64,000 bases of DNA. Origin: Longimicrobiales bacterium (lineage in GTDB: Bacteria; Gemmatimonadota; Gemmatimonadetes; Longimicrobiales; Gaopeijiaceae). The stretch is from positions 768,001 through 832,000 of the forward strand of contig OZ241892.1 of NCBI GenBank assembly GCA_965203485.1. The letters run 5' to 3'. Below the pieces are notes generated by a model. The model was given only the letters and a program-made list of their open reading frames with translations, ran no database searches and was not told where the DNA came from. Made by a program: the position numbers and the translations under genes. This document shows positions 10,514-19,960 of this stretch, in pieces (position 1 is the first letter of the stretch; each line of letters begins with the position of its first letter).

Positions 10514-10561
10514 GACGCGGAACGAGTAGCCTCCCGGGTCGGCTCCGGCGGGATGAGATTC

Positions 10562-10625
10562 CAGGGGAAGATTCGGCGACGATTCAAGGGAAGATTCGGC
10601 GAACGATCCGGGAACGATTCAGCAC
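10562..10625. repeat. Direct-repeat array, 18-bp unit CA(G/A)GGGAAGATTCGGCGA, 23-bp period (2 good + 1 degenerate)
   Basis: Units start at 10562, 10585 and 10608, about 50 bp upstream of the ATPase pseudogene start. Confidence 0.85.
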
Positions 10626-10643
10626 CGCGTCATCGGTTCTGGA

Positions 10644-12728
10644 TCAGGCGGAGAGCGACGCCCGGGCGTCGGTCCCCGGGCTGTTCTGGCCGTCGCGTTT
10701 GTCCGGCCCGAGACGCTCCTTGACCTCGTCGGCGGCCGCCTCGACGAGGCGGGCGACTCGAGCCGCCATCTCGGTGACGCCCCCGGCGAGGCTGTCCGTC
10801 CACCCGGCTTCGTCCGCCTTCCTGACCAAGTGCGCCACGGTCAGGCTGGCCAGCAGGCTCGAGACCAACGCGATCGACGCGGGCCCCCCGGCCGCCGCGA
10901 CAACGGGCACGACGGCGATGGGGACGGCGGTTCCGGCGGCGCCCTCCGCCAACCCATTGACGAATTCTTGGTAGTTTCCGGTCTTCCTGGCCTCCGCGAA
11001 GGCCTTCGCCGCGGCGGCCACGAAGACGACGGCGAGGATCGGATTGCGCCCGTGGACAGCGGCCAACGCCGTGCTGCCGACGATGCGGGCGAAGTCGCGC
11101 GTCTCGCCGCTCGACCACCGGAACACGAGCGCGGCGCTGCCGAGCAGCCCGGCCAGGACATCGGCCGCGTCGTACGTCGCCAACTCCGCGAACCACTTCT
11201 TGGGCATGCCGAACCGCGCCTTGAGCGAGTCCGCCACCCGATGGTACGTGTCGGGGTCCCAGGTGAAGAACGGCAGGCCGGCAGGCGTGGTGCCGTCGCG
11301 AAGGAGGCCGAGCGTCATGCCCATGGCCCGGTGGACGACGCCGTCTTCGCCCGGAGCGTCCTTGGCGGCTTTGAATGCGCCTAGCAACGTGTGGCCCCCG
11401 TCGAACAAGCGGTGCAGGCCGCCCCCGACGCCGGTCTCCAGGTAGGTCGCGTCCATCGCCTTGTCGTAGATGGTCGGACGGCCCTTGGCCAGCTGCCCCA
11501 GCAACTGGTTCATGTTGTCGGCCAAGCCCGTGGCCAGAAGGCCTTGTCCGGCGTCGTGCACTCTCTTGACCGCGTTCGACGCGGCCTTGGCCGTCATGCG
11601 CGGCAGCGGCGATGTCCAGCCGTATGCCCGCGCCGCGGCTTCGGCGCTCCGGCGAGAAGCGCCCCCGACGGCATGGGCTACCGCCGACGCGGTTGCCTTC
11701 GTGGTGTCGGCCGTTGCGGCAACGAACTTGCCGAGCGGCCCGCGGCCTTGCGCCGCCTCGCCGGGCCCGGCTTCTTCCGCCCGCAGGCGCAACAGGGCCA
11801 GCACCACGTCGATCGCCGGCGTGGGGACGCCCGCCAACTGGCCCAGTTCCTGCACCGCCGTGCCCACGGCGTCGAGTTCCACGGGGCGCCCCGACAGCAA
11901 GTCCTGAAGCATCGACGTGCGGTGAGTGCCGACCGCGGCCGTCCCGTCGATCCGCTTCTCGAGAGCGATGCGAAAGCGGATGCCCAAGGCCTCGCCGACC
12001 GCCTGGGCCTCGGTCATCATTGCGCGGGCCACGGCGCGCGCGCCGGGGTCGTCGGCGATGCGGTCCAGCGTGGCTCGCGTCAGCGCGCTCATGGGGTTGA
12101 AGGCGGCGCTGCCCCACAGCTTGACCCAGATCTCGTCCCGGATGGAGCGCATGCGCGTCCGAAAGCCGGCTTCGGCCAGGACAGCGCGCAGCGTCTCGAC
12201 CCGCTTGGTCTTCTCGCCGGAGGGCTCGCCCACGACCAAGCGGTCCTCGGATCGGTGGCGGATGACGCCCGGCGCCACGATCTCGGTGGCCGGGTAGACC
12301 ACACAGCCCACCGCCCGCTCCGGCCCGATGCCGTTCCACTGCTTCCCGCCGGGGTCCACGCTCTCCAGCCGGCGCCCGTCGAAGGCGCAGCCGGACCGGT
12401 AGAAGTACCACCAGGGGATGCCGTTCTGGGCCGTGACGACGGTGGTGCCCGGCCCCAGCAAGGGCTGCATCGCTTCGACGGCGCCCGGGCCGGAATGCGC
12501 CTTCAGCGTCACGATCACGTAGTCCTGGACGCCGGCCTCCGCGGGATCGTCGGTGCACTCCGGCTTGGCAACCAGCTCGCGGTTTTCGACAAGCACGGTG
12601 ACGCCGTTCTTCCGCATCGCTTCCAAATGCGGCCCGCGGCCGATCAGCGTCGCGTCCGCGCCCGATCGCGCCAAGTGCAACCCGAGGTACGCGCCCGTGG
12701 CGCCCGCGCCGAAGACGGCGACCTTCAT
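10644..12728 (-). CDS. Ketopantoate-reductase-family (PanE/ApbA; probable oxalyl-CoA reductase type) fused to a roughly 370-aa unknown membrane-associated domain
   Basis: MKVAVFGAGATG, TAQNGIPWWYF, IWVKLWG, HRTSMLQD; continues in frame into YDKAMD...HRLFDGGH...GLP and hydrophobic helices. Confidence 0.85.
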   Translation of the reverse strand: MKVAVFGAGATGAYLGLHLARSGADATLIGRGPHLEAMRKNGVTVLVENRELVAKPECTDDPAEAGVQDYVIVTLKAHSGPGAVEAMQPLLGPGTTVVTAQNGIPWWYFYRSGCAFDGRRLESVDPGGKQWNGIGPERAVGCVVYPATEIVAPGVIRHRSEDRLVVGEPSGEKTKRVETLRAVLAEAGFRTRMRSIRDEIWVKLWGSAAFNPMSALTRATLDRIADDPGARAVARAMMTEAQAVGEALGIRFRIALEKRIDGTAAVGTHRTSMLQDLLSGRPVELDAVGTAVQELGQLAGVPTPAIDVVLALLRLRAEEAGPGEAAQGRGPLGKFVAATADTTKATASAVAHAVGGASRRSAEAAARAYGWTSPLPRMTAKAASNAVKRVHDAGQGLLATGLADNMNQLLGQLAKGRPTIYDKAMDATYLETGVGGGLHRLFDGGHTLLGAFKAAKDAPGEDGVVHRAMGMTLGLLRDGTTPAGLPFFTWDPDTYHRVADSLKARFGMPKKWFAELATYDAADVLAGLLGSAALVFRWSSGETRDFARIVGSTALAAVHGRNPILAVVFVAAAAKAFAEARKTGNYQEFVNGLAEGAAGTAVPIAVVPVVAAAGGPASIALVSSLLASLTVAHLVRKADEAGWTDSLAGGVTEMAARVARLVEAAADEVKERLGPDKRDGQNSPGTDARASLSA

Positions 12729-12879
12729 GAGGCCGCATCCAGATGCGGCTTACTTCGCCGGAGCGCGCCAAGCCGCAGCACGGACGCCTTCTCGTCACCG
12801 GCGCCCCGTTGCGCCCGGCTTCGGCTCGACGCCCTCCGTCGCGCGGCGGCCGTCGCGACGCGCAACCCGGCCGCCGTCC

Positions 12880-13060
12880 GTCGCTGGCGCCGGGACAAGC
12901 CCCAGTCGTCCCGCCAGCGCGTCGCGCCGCACCTTGCCCGTCGGGCTCCTGGGGATTCGTCCACGACGACAAGAATGCACGGAACCTTGAACGCGGCAAG
13001 GCGCCGGGCCGCGAACGCCCGGATGCCTGCGACGACCTCGTCGCCGGCTTCCGGGGCTCG
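12880..13060 (-). pseudogene. 3' remnant of an acyl-CoA ligase (paralogue of 23256-24950)
   Basis: IRAFAARRLAAFKVP...VVDE / IPRSPTGKVRRDALAGRLGL across a frameshift; matches the C-terminus of the intact ligase. Confidence 0.85.
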
Positions 13061-13419
13061 CCGTCCGCTCTCGGCCCGTGCGCGGCCGTCGGGCGCGGCG
13101 CTCCCGCCCACTTAAAGTGTCGGTCGGCAGGGAGGCGGGTCACGGTTGCTCGGACGTGGTCTTGTGCGCGCCGCTCCCCTGGCTCGAAGCAACCATCGCC
13201 CGGATAGAATTTCTCGCTCTTGGAGGGGCATTTGCCCCAGAAGCGTTCCTGCGCCTTGCCGTCCGGCCAGAGCCGACATAGAGTGGCGTCGTCGCCATCA
13301 TGCGCCTGCCAAGCCCATTGCTTATGACCGCTCCGCCCTCCATTCGGCGGACGAGGATTGCACTCGTCCAACGAAGGACACCAAGCGGCCGTGGACGCGC
13401 CCGCGGCTTCCGGCGACAA

Positions 13420-16002
13420 TTGACGACGGCGGCACGTGCCGCCCGGCCCGGCGCCATCGCGTTTTCAGTCCATTTGCTGGCGGCCGCCTGCACGCCCGAC
13501 GAGCACCCAGCCGCGCCTGCGACGCCTGTGAGCCCGGCTCCGGCAAGGTCGGCGGACCATGCCCCGGAAGCGTCCGTTCGCGTGTCTCCCGTCGGCTACG
13601 TCGCCTTCACCCGATCGGGCGCAGAGGCTAGGCCATTTGCGTTCACCGCCCAGCTGGTGGACAGTGCAGGCGCTTCCCTGTCGATCCCGGACGGCGGCCT
13701 CGATTGGTCGCTCCGGCCGGGCCGCGCGTTTCGCGTGGAAGGCGACAGCGTGGCCGACGACCGGCGGGCGGCCCAGCTGTTCGTGCGGGCGGCGGCCGGG
13801 GGGCGCGACGCGGTGGTGGCCGGCCACGCCGCCGCCGCCGACACGGCGTTCGCCGAGAACTGGGAATGGATGGCGCCCGGCTTTCGGTGGGAAGGCGACC
13901 TGTGGACCCCGGCGGGCGAGTCGCGTTGCGCGCGAGTCTCGCAAGCGAGCGGGGGATCGGAGATCGACTTGGCGGCCTTCGATCTGTACGTCGCGTCCTT
14001 CGACCCCGCCGCCGTCCAAGTGGACTCGGCCTCGCTGACTTCGGGCAGTCGGGCCGTGCGCGTATGCTTCACCGCGCGCAGGTCCGGAGCCGCCGGCCTG
14101 GCCATGGTCGGACGGGACGTGGCTGGCCACCGGTTCTGGGGGTGGCACCGCGAGCACGTCGTCTTGACCCCTCCGCTCGCCCTGAGCTTCGAGCACGGCG
14201 AGCGGTACGAAATCGGAGTCGGACAGCGGACCGAACTAAACCTGCGCATGCAGGACGGCCACGGCGCTTCGGTCTTCGTGGGAGACGACACGAGCGCGGT
14301 CTCTTGGACGAGCGGCGACACGGCAGTGGCGACCGTGAACGCCGTCGGCGCCGTCGGCGGCGTCGGCTCCGGGACGGTGGGGGTGTCGGCGACGTATCGG
14401 GATCTGACCGGCCGCGCCGTCGTGGAAGTGTACGAGATCACGGGCGGGCGAGTGGGCGAAGAGATCGTCTGCGTCTCGACGCGGCGGGGCGCCGTGAGGT
14501 GCTGGGGCAACAGCGACGAGTCTCTGCTGGGCTATGCCGTCGGCTGGGCCGAGATGGTCGTGCGACCGGCGCAAGTGGCCAACGTGGACATGGGCGCCAG
14601 GGTTCGAGCCGTCTTCAATGCAAGCGTCCGCGCCGCCTGCGCCATCACGGCCTCGACGGAGCTTCGTTGCTGGGGGCACCCGAACTGGGGCGCCCTAGGG
14701 TATGGGAACGAGGAAGAATTTGGCCAGTTCTCGGTCCCGCGAACCGCAGGTCCCGTCCCGCTGGGAGGCGTGCCGGCCTATGTGGGCGGAGGCCCGGCCG
14801 ATCACTTCTGCACGGTGTTGGTTTCCGGTGGTCTGCGTTGCGTGGGCAGCAACTTGGCGGGGCAGGTGGGCTACGGCGTGTCTCACGCCGCCAATCCGCG
14901 CGTGGGCGACAACGAGACGCCCGCCGACATGGGCGACGTGCCCTTGGGCGGCAAAGCGGTGCACGTGGCCACGGGAGGAAGGGCGGGCATGACCTGCGCC
15001 GCGCTGGAGAACGGGCGCGGACGGTGCTGGGGGATCAACGCCGACGACTGGGAACCGGCAACGGCCCGCGTCGTCGACACGACGTACGGCCTGGGGTACG
15101 GACGCCAACACGGGTACGACTCGCCGATCGGCGACGACGAAACCCCGGCGGACATGGGGGACCTGCCCGTGGAGGGCCGGATCGTCCAGTTCGCGGTGGG
15201 CGGCTTCCACATCTGCGCCCTGATGGAAGGCGGTTCGGTTCGGTGCTGGGGAAGCAACTACAACGGCAATCTGGGCGCCGGACTGGACGCCCGCGAGCAT
15301 GTCGCGGACGCCGCGCAGTCGGTGGAGCTGGTCTTCCCGCATCCCGCCGTGCAGATCCAGGCCGGTTGGGCCCACACGTGCGTGCTCATGGAGAACGGGG
15401 CCGTTCGTTGCTGGGGCGGCAACTACTACGGCGCCTTGGGACTGGGAGACACGCGCGGGCGGGGGATCGCCGAGTCCGCCGAGTTCGTCGAAGACGTGCC
15501 GCTCGGGGGCCCCGCCGCCCGGCTTCTGGGTTCGGGCCAGTACGAGAACTGCGTCGTCATGCGGGCGGGCGGGCTGCGTTGCTGGGGCGCCAACTGGAAC
15601 GGCCACTTCGGCTACCCCTTCAGAGAGAACGTGGGCGACGACGAATTCCCGGCGGACGCAGGCGACATCCCGGTGTTCCCGGGACCGGTCCCGGCACGGC
15701 GCTTGGGAACGACGAACTTGCCCGCCCGGGCGTTCGGAGCGCCGTCGCCCGCCGCCGCGCCCGCGACGGTTGCGCATCCGTTGCCGAAGCCGGCCCCGCC
15801 TCCCTCGGTCCTTGTGATCAACTGGGAGGAGTCGAACGACTTCGATGCCGCAACGCGCCTGGACGCCGCCGACGGTTCTCCAAGCGGACCTGGCCAAGGC
15901 CGGCTCCGGCCGTGGGTCGGTCCCCTGATCGGCGCCGGCGGCTGGATCGCGCCCTCGGCGGTGCCGGCGTCCACAGCGTGGATCAAGGTCGCAAGGCGAT
16001 GA
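13420..16002 (+). CDS. RCC1/BLIP-II-repeat beta-propeller lipoprotein with an Ig-like (Big_2) domain; start uncertain
   Basis: LLAAAC lipobox, WTSGDTAVATV..G.V Ig motif, repeated H.CA....G.VRCWG.N..G.LG units, and recurring GDDETPADMGD. Confidence 0.88.
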   Translation: MTTAARAARPGAIAFSVHLLAAACTPDEHPAAPATPVSPAPARSADHAPEASVRVSPVGYVAFTRSGAEARPFAFTAQLVDSAGASLSIPDGGLDWSLRPGRAFRVEGDSVADDRRAAQLFVRAAAGGRDAVVAGHAAAADTAFAENWEWMAPGFRWEGDLWTPAGESRCARVSQASGGSEIDLAAFDLYVASFDPAAVQVDSASLTSGSRAVRVCFTARRSGAAGLAMVGRDVAGHRFWGWHREHVVLTPPLALSFEHGERYEIGVGQRTELNLRMQDGHGASVFVGDDTSAVSWTSGDTAVATVNAVGAVGGVGSGTVGVSATYRDLTGRAVVEVYEITGGRVGEEIVCVSTRRGAVRCWGNSDESLLGYAVGWAEMVVRPAQVANVDMGARVRAVFNASVRAACAITASTELRCWGHPNWGALGYGNEEEFGQFSVPRTAGPVPLGGVPAYVGGGPADHFCTVLVSGGLRCVGSNLAGQVGYGVSHAANPRVGDNETPADMGDVPLGGKAVHVATGGRAGMTCAALENGRGRCWGINADDWEPATARVVDTTYGLGYGRQHGYDSPIGDDETPADMGDLPVEGRIVQFAVGGFHICALMEGGSVRCWGSNYNGNLGAGLDAREHVADAAQSVELVFPHPAVQIQAGWAHTCVLMENGAVRCWGGNYYGALGLGDTRGRGIAESAEFVEDVPLGGPAARLLGSGQYENCVVMRAGGLRCWGANWNGHFGYPFRENVGDDEFPADAGDIPVFPGPVPARRLGTTNLPARAFGAPSPAAAPATVAHPLPKPAPPPSVLVINWEESNDFDAATRLDAADGSPSGPGQGRLRPWVGPLIGAGGWIAPSAVPASTAWIKVARR

Positions 16003-18395
16003 GGTGGCCGACGCGCCGCCGTCCGGATCGCATCCTCTTCGCAGCGGTTCTTGCGGGGCTGGCCGCTTGCGGCGACGGCGGCTCCACGGTGGTGCCTCCG
16101 CCGCCCGCCGCCGTGGCGTCCCTCGACCTGACCGCGGCGAACACGGAGCCGCCCGTCGGGACCGCCGTTCCCGTGACCGTCCATGCCCGGGACGCCTCGG
16201 GCTCGCCCGTGGCCGGCGTTCGGATCGAGTTCGCGGTCGGCGCCTCCTCGGGAAGCGTGTCGCCCGCGTCGCGAACGACCGACGCTTCCGGGGCCGCGTC
16301 CGCCACCTGGACGGTGGCAACCGTTCCGGGGCAGCAGACGTTGACGGCGCAGTCGGCCGGCGTCTCCAAGAACTTGACGGTGAGCGCCGTGCCTGGTCCT
16401 CCCGCCGCCGTCGTCGCCGAGGGCGAGACGGAGATCGTGTCCGACGTCGGCGCCGTCCTGCGGGACGCGGGGGCCGTCGTCGCGCGGGACCGGTACGGCA
16501 ACCCGACGCCGGACGTGGAGGTCGCCTTCCGGGTCGTGGCCGGCGGCGGCTCCGCCACTCCCGCCGCTGGGCGAACCGACGCTGCTGGCCGGGCATCGAC
16601 AGCCTGGAGGATGGGAGCGGCTCCGGGGGAGAACCGCTTGAACGTCGTCGTGGACGACTTGGAGGCGGTGACTTTCGTGGCCATCGCCGTCGGGGACGGG
16701 CTGGCAATTCTACGAGCCGCGCAGGAGCAATGGCCCAAGACGGACGAAATCGCCCTCGAGGGGCGGCGGATGGAGCTGATCTCCGACGCATTGGTTACGG
16801 TCGACGGCGCTCCGCCGGCCGAGATCGTGGTCCTGGACTCGGTCCGCGCCGTGATCCGCCAAGCGCCTCTTCCCGCAGCCCGGGCCGCCGGTTGCGCCAT
16901 GGAGCGCCAAGGGCAGCTGGTGGTCCTCGCCCGGAGCACGGCGTTCGAGGCCGAAGTCAAGCGCCGCCACGGCCCGGTCGTCGCCCTTCAGCAGGGCGAG
17001 GAACGCCGCTTCGAGGGCAACGAGATGTGCTTGCGCGTCGCGGGCAACCGCGGCAACCGCTACGTGCTGGCCGCAGTGGACCGGGCCTACATCGACGATG
17101 CGCGCTTCGTCTCGGAGGAGTGGCACTACAGAGGAGGCGCTCCCTTCCGGATGCGGCTGGCCGACAGCACGTCCGGCGCCCAGGCTCGTCACCGCATCCG
17201 TGCGCGTTCGGCAGCGCCCGCGCATGATTGGGCCACCCGTCGCCCGGATCACGTGCGCGTCCACCAGCCGGGGGCGTACGCTGTTCAGGGAGACGTGTAC
17301 GGGCGCTCACGCCCTTACGTGGTGGGCGAAGAGTTCGAATGGTATACCGGCGACGATCGCGAAGGCATCTTCCGCGTCATGGCGCTCTACCCGCCGAACG
17401 TGGTCCTCGCCGTGTTCAAGGACGACCTGCCGTCCCTGTGGAGCGACACTCGGGCCCTTGCCATGGACTCGCTCTTCCTGGCGTTGGGGTCGCGCGAGGT
17501 CCAGGCGCTCTACGAGGCGTCCTTCGGCGAGGGGCCCGCCGAGACCAGCGCCGAGACCGGCCAGATGCTGGTCATGTTTCACGACGGCGACCCTTCGGAC
17601 GCCACGGGGCTGACCTATTCGGCATCCAACTACCGCCAGTCCACGGTGCACTTCCGCCGCAACCCGTACTGGGACGACAACTCCTGGTACTACAGCTTGG
17701 TGGCCCACGAACTCGGTCACGCCTGGCAATTCAGGGCGATCGGACGGGTGAGCGCGGTCTGGAGCGGCGAAGGGATCGCCAACTGGATCGCCGAAGAGAG
17801 GCTCAGGCAGGCCGTGGGTCTCGACCTGGACGCCAACCACAACGCCGGCGTGGAGTTGCAGGGCTGGCCCCTCCGGCTTCCGGAGACCGGCGACTTCGTG
17901 GCCGGGTACCGCGAGAGCCATTCGTTCCTGCGCTTCCTGGTGACGCAGCTCGTGCTCGACCACGGTCAATCCTACGCCGACGCTGCGCGCCGAGTCGTGG
18001 TGGGAGCGTCCGAAGGCTGGCACGGACGCTACTTCACCGCCTACGACTCGATCGGCTACGACGAAGACGGAGGCTTGACCAACCGCATGCGCGAAGTTGC
18101 GGACGAGTGGGACGCCGTGGATGCGCGCTTGGACTGGATGATCTCCTTCGCCTTGGACGACCGAAGCAGCTTGGGCCGTTACCGCATTCCTTTCGTGCAA
18201 GGCGCATCCCGGCACTTTGGACCGTACCACCAGTTCCGCCTGGGCAGCGGCGCCAGCGTCTCCGAGGACTTCGCCGGCGGAGGCAACTACTATTTCGAGC
18301 TCCTGGGCAGCGGCGCCCTGCACATCCTGGCAAACGACGGCGATGCACTTGCGGACGGACCGCGGATGGCCTGGAAGCTGGTGCGGTACAGGTGA
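15999..18395 (+). CDS. Lipoprotein with invasin/intimin-like Ig domains and a C-terminal HExxH zinc metallopeptidase domain
   Basis: ATGA overlap with the upstream gene, LAGLAAC lipobox, two TD..G.A..W Ig repeats, VAHELGHAWQ...WSGEGIANW gluzincin-like motif. Confidence 0.85.
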   Translation: MRWPTRRRPDRILFAAVLAGLAACGDGGSTVVPPPPAAVASLDLTAANTEPPVGTAVPVTVHARDASGSPVAGVRIEFAVGASSGSVSPASRTTDASGAASATWTVATVPGQQTLTAQSAGVSKNLTVSAVPGPPAAVVAEGETEIVSDVGAVLRDAGAVVARDRYGNPTPDVEVAFRVVAGGGSATPAAGRTDAAGRASTAWRMGAAPGENRLNVVVDDLEAVTFVAIAVGDGLAILRAAQEQWPKTDEIALEGRRMELISDALVTVDGAPPAEIVVLDSVRAVIRQAPLPAARAAGCAMERQGQLVVLARSTAFEAEVKRRHGPVVALQQGEERRFEGNEMCLRVAGNRGNRYVLAAVDRAYIDDARFVSEEWHYRGGAPFRMRLADSTSGAQARHRIRARSAAPAHDWATRRPDHVRVHQPGAYAVQGDVYGRSRPYVVGEEFEWYTGDDREGIFRVMALYPPNVVLAVFKDDLPSLWSDTRALAMDSLFLALGSREVQALYEASFGEGPAETSAETGQMLVMFHDGDPSDATGLTYSASNYRQSTVHFRRNPYWDDNSWYYSLVAHELGHAWQFRAIGRVSAVWSGEGIANWIAEERLRQAVGLDLDANHNAGVELQGWPLRLPETGDFVAGYRESHSFLRFLVTQLVLDHGQSYADAARRVVVGASEGWHGRYFTAYDSIGYDEDGGLTNRMREVADEWDAVDARLDWMISFALDDRSSLGRYRIPFVQGASRHFGPYHQFRLGSGASVSEDFAGGGNYYFELLGSGALHILANDGDALADGPRMAWKLVRYR

Positions 18396-19179
18396 GGTGG
18401 TCGATCCGCCTACTTCCTCCCGAATGCCCACGCCGTCGTGGCGCTAGGAGCGGATGCGGAAGGTTGCGTTTTCGACCGCGATGCTGCCGTCCAGATAATC
18501 GGGGGCAGGGGTGGCGGCCCGAGCGAGTGCCGGCGCCAACGGGATCGAGGCATCGGCGGATGGGCGCCTAACGGTCTCGGACCGCGGGAATCGCTATGAA
18601 GATTTCTTGGGCGGCCGAACACGCGGTCGCCAGCGTCGCCCAGGCCGGTAGCCTATAGCCGCATTGCTGAGCTGGCGGTCCACCAGAAAACGGCTCGCGT
18701 GCTCCGCGCCGGACCGCCCAGCGTCATCCAGTCAGGGTCCGGGGTCGTCGTCCGCGTCAGGACAGCAATGCTTCCAGCGGAGCCGCGACGCGCCGCACGG
18801 GCAACAACCCGCATGGTCGTCGACATGGCCCAGGCCGAAGACGAGGAGCGCCGCCGCGACAAGCGCCGCGGTCTTCATCGGGACCCGCGCGTCTTCATGT
18901 TGTTCCTCCGTGCGGTTGACGAGCGCCGACGGCCGTTGAGCCCGCTAAGGCCATGTTCAGAATAGTGAAGGTTCAGAATAGTGGAAGCGCCGCCTCGGTT
19001 CAAGCCGGCGCGGGCCGAGGTCGGCTCTCGCGCGAGGGCGCTGGCCGCCTAGCAGCGCCGGGAGGGTCGCCTTGAAGCGCCGGGCGCCCGGCAAGTCGGC
19101 GCGTGGCCGTGTCTTTCGGTCATGCGGCGGCTTTCTGACCGCGCCCCTTCGACCACCAGCCCTTCGACCACCATGCGGC

Positions 19180-19538
19180 GCCTCGCCATCGTCCGCAGGC
19201 TCCAATGCGTCGCGCCCTCCGGCTTGTTCTCGAGCGTGTCCTTGACGATCGCCTGGACCTTTTCGTCCGAAGTGCTTCGCTTCCGCCCCCGGCCGGGCCG
19301 AATCTTCCACAGCGTGCCGGGATTCTCCGCCTCGAACCGCTTGCGCCACGTCAGAACCGTCGACCGCGACACCCCCGCCCTCCTCGCGATGCCCTGGTTC
19401 GACACGCCTTCGGCCGCCAGCAGAAAGATCTTGATGCGCTTCGCCACGTCCTGCGGCGTCTTGCCCGCGCGAAGCCATCGGTCCAGTTGCGCCCGGCGCT
19501 GGCAGACAACTCCAATGCTCAGCAGGTCTCTTCGCCAT
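19180..19538 (-). pseudogene. IS630-family transposase N-terminal remnant
   Basis: R.KI.LLAAEG.SN..IA...GVSR.TV..WR.RF...RPGRGR...P.GATHWS.R.MA; frameshifted at the 5' end, DDE domain missing. Confidence 0.85.
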
Positions 19539-19960
19539 CGTCTCGTCCCTTGCCAAGAGGCGCTTGTCGCAACCAGTTCGAGACCACACGGTAGCCCGCT
19601 TCATGCAATCGTAAACCCCAATCGGCGACACTGGAGTTGGACTTTGACGCCGTCACTATAAGGCGGCCTCCTATGAAGATGTCACGAGGGCCAGCAACTT
19701 AACCTTTCTGGCGTGTGCTGATTCGGTTGCATATAGGCTGGATGGTTACAACCATGTCCTCACGGAACACAAGCTGGGAGCGGAACCGCGTGTGGTTGCG
19801 ATTCCCGCGTGGAGGTGATGGAAGCGGCGCGCAAGCGAATGGAGGCTTCCAGCGAGTCGTTCTTCGATTGGGGGTACAAGAACCTGTTTTTGGCCGACGA
19901 CGGCCGGCTCGTTGTAGAGACGCCGACAATGGGGGGTGCGGTGGAGGTGAGCTTGCCTCC

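Noticed and set aside
18565..18941. GCCTAAC ... GTTGAGC resembling integron attC core sites
   Set aside because: About 370 bp apart, with no attC-like hairpin and no integrase.
18650..18965. HTH-like (YSRIAELAVHQKT) and other short peptide fragments
   Set aside because: Too degenerate to assign to any family.
19715..19960. Short + strand ORF fragments (MSSRNTSW..., MEAARKRM...)
   Set aside because: No recognisable motif; possibly a gene relic.
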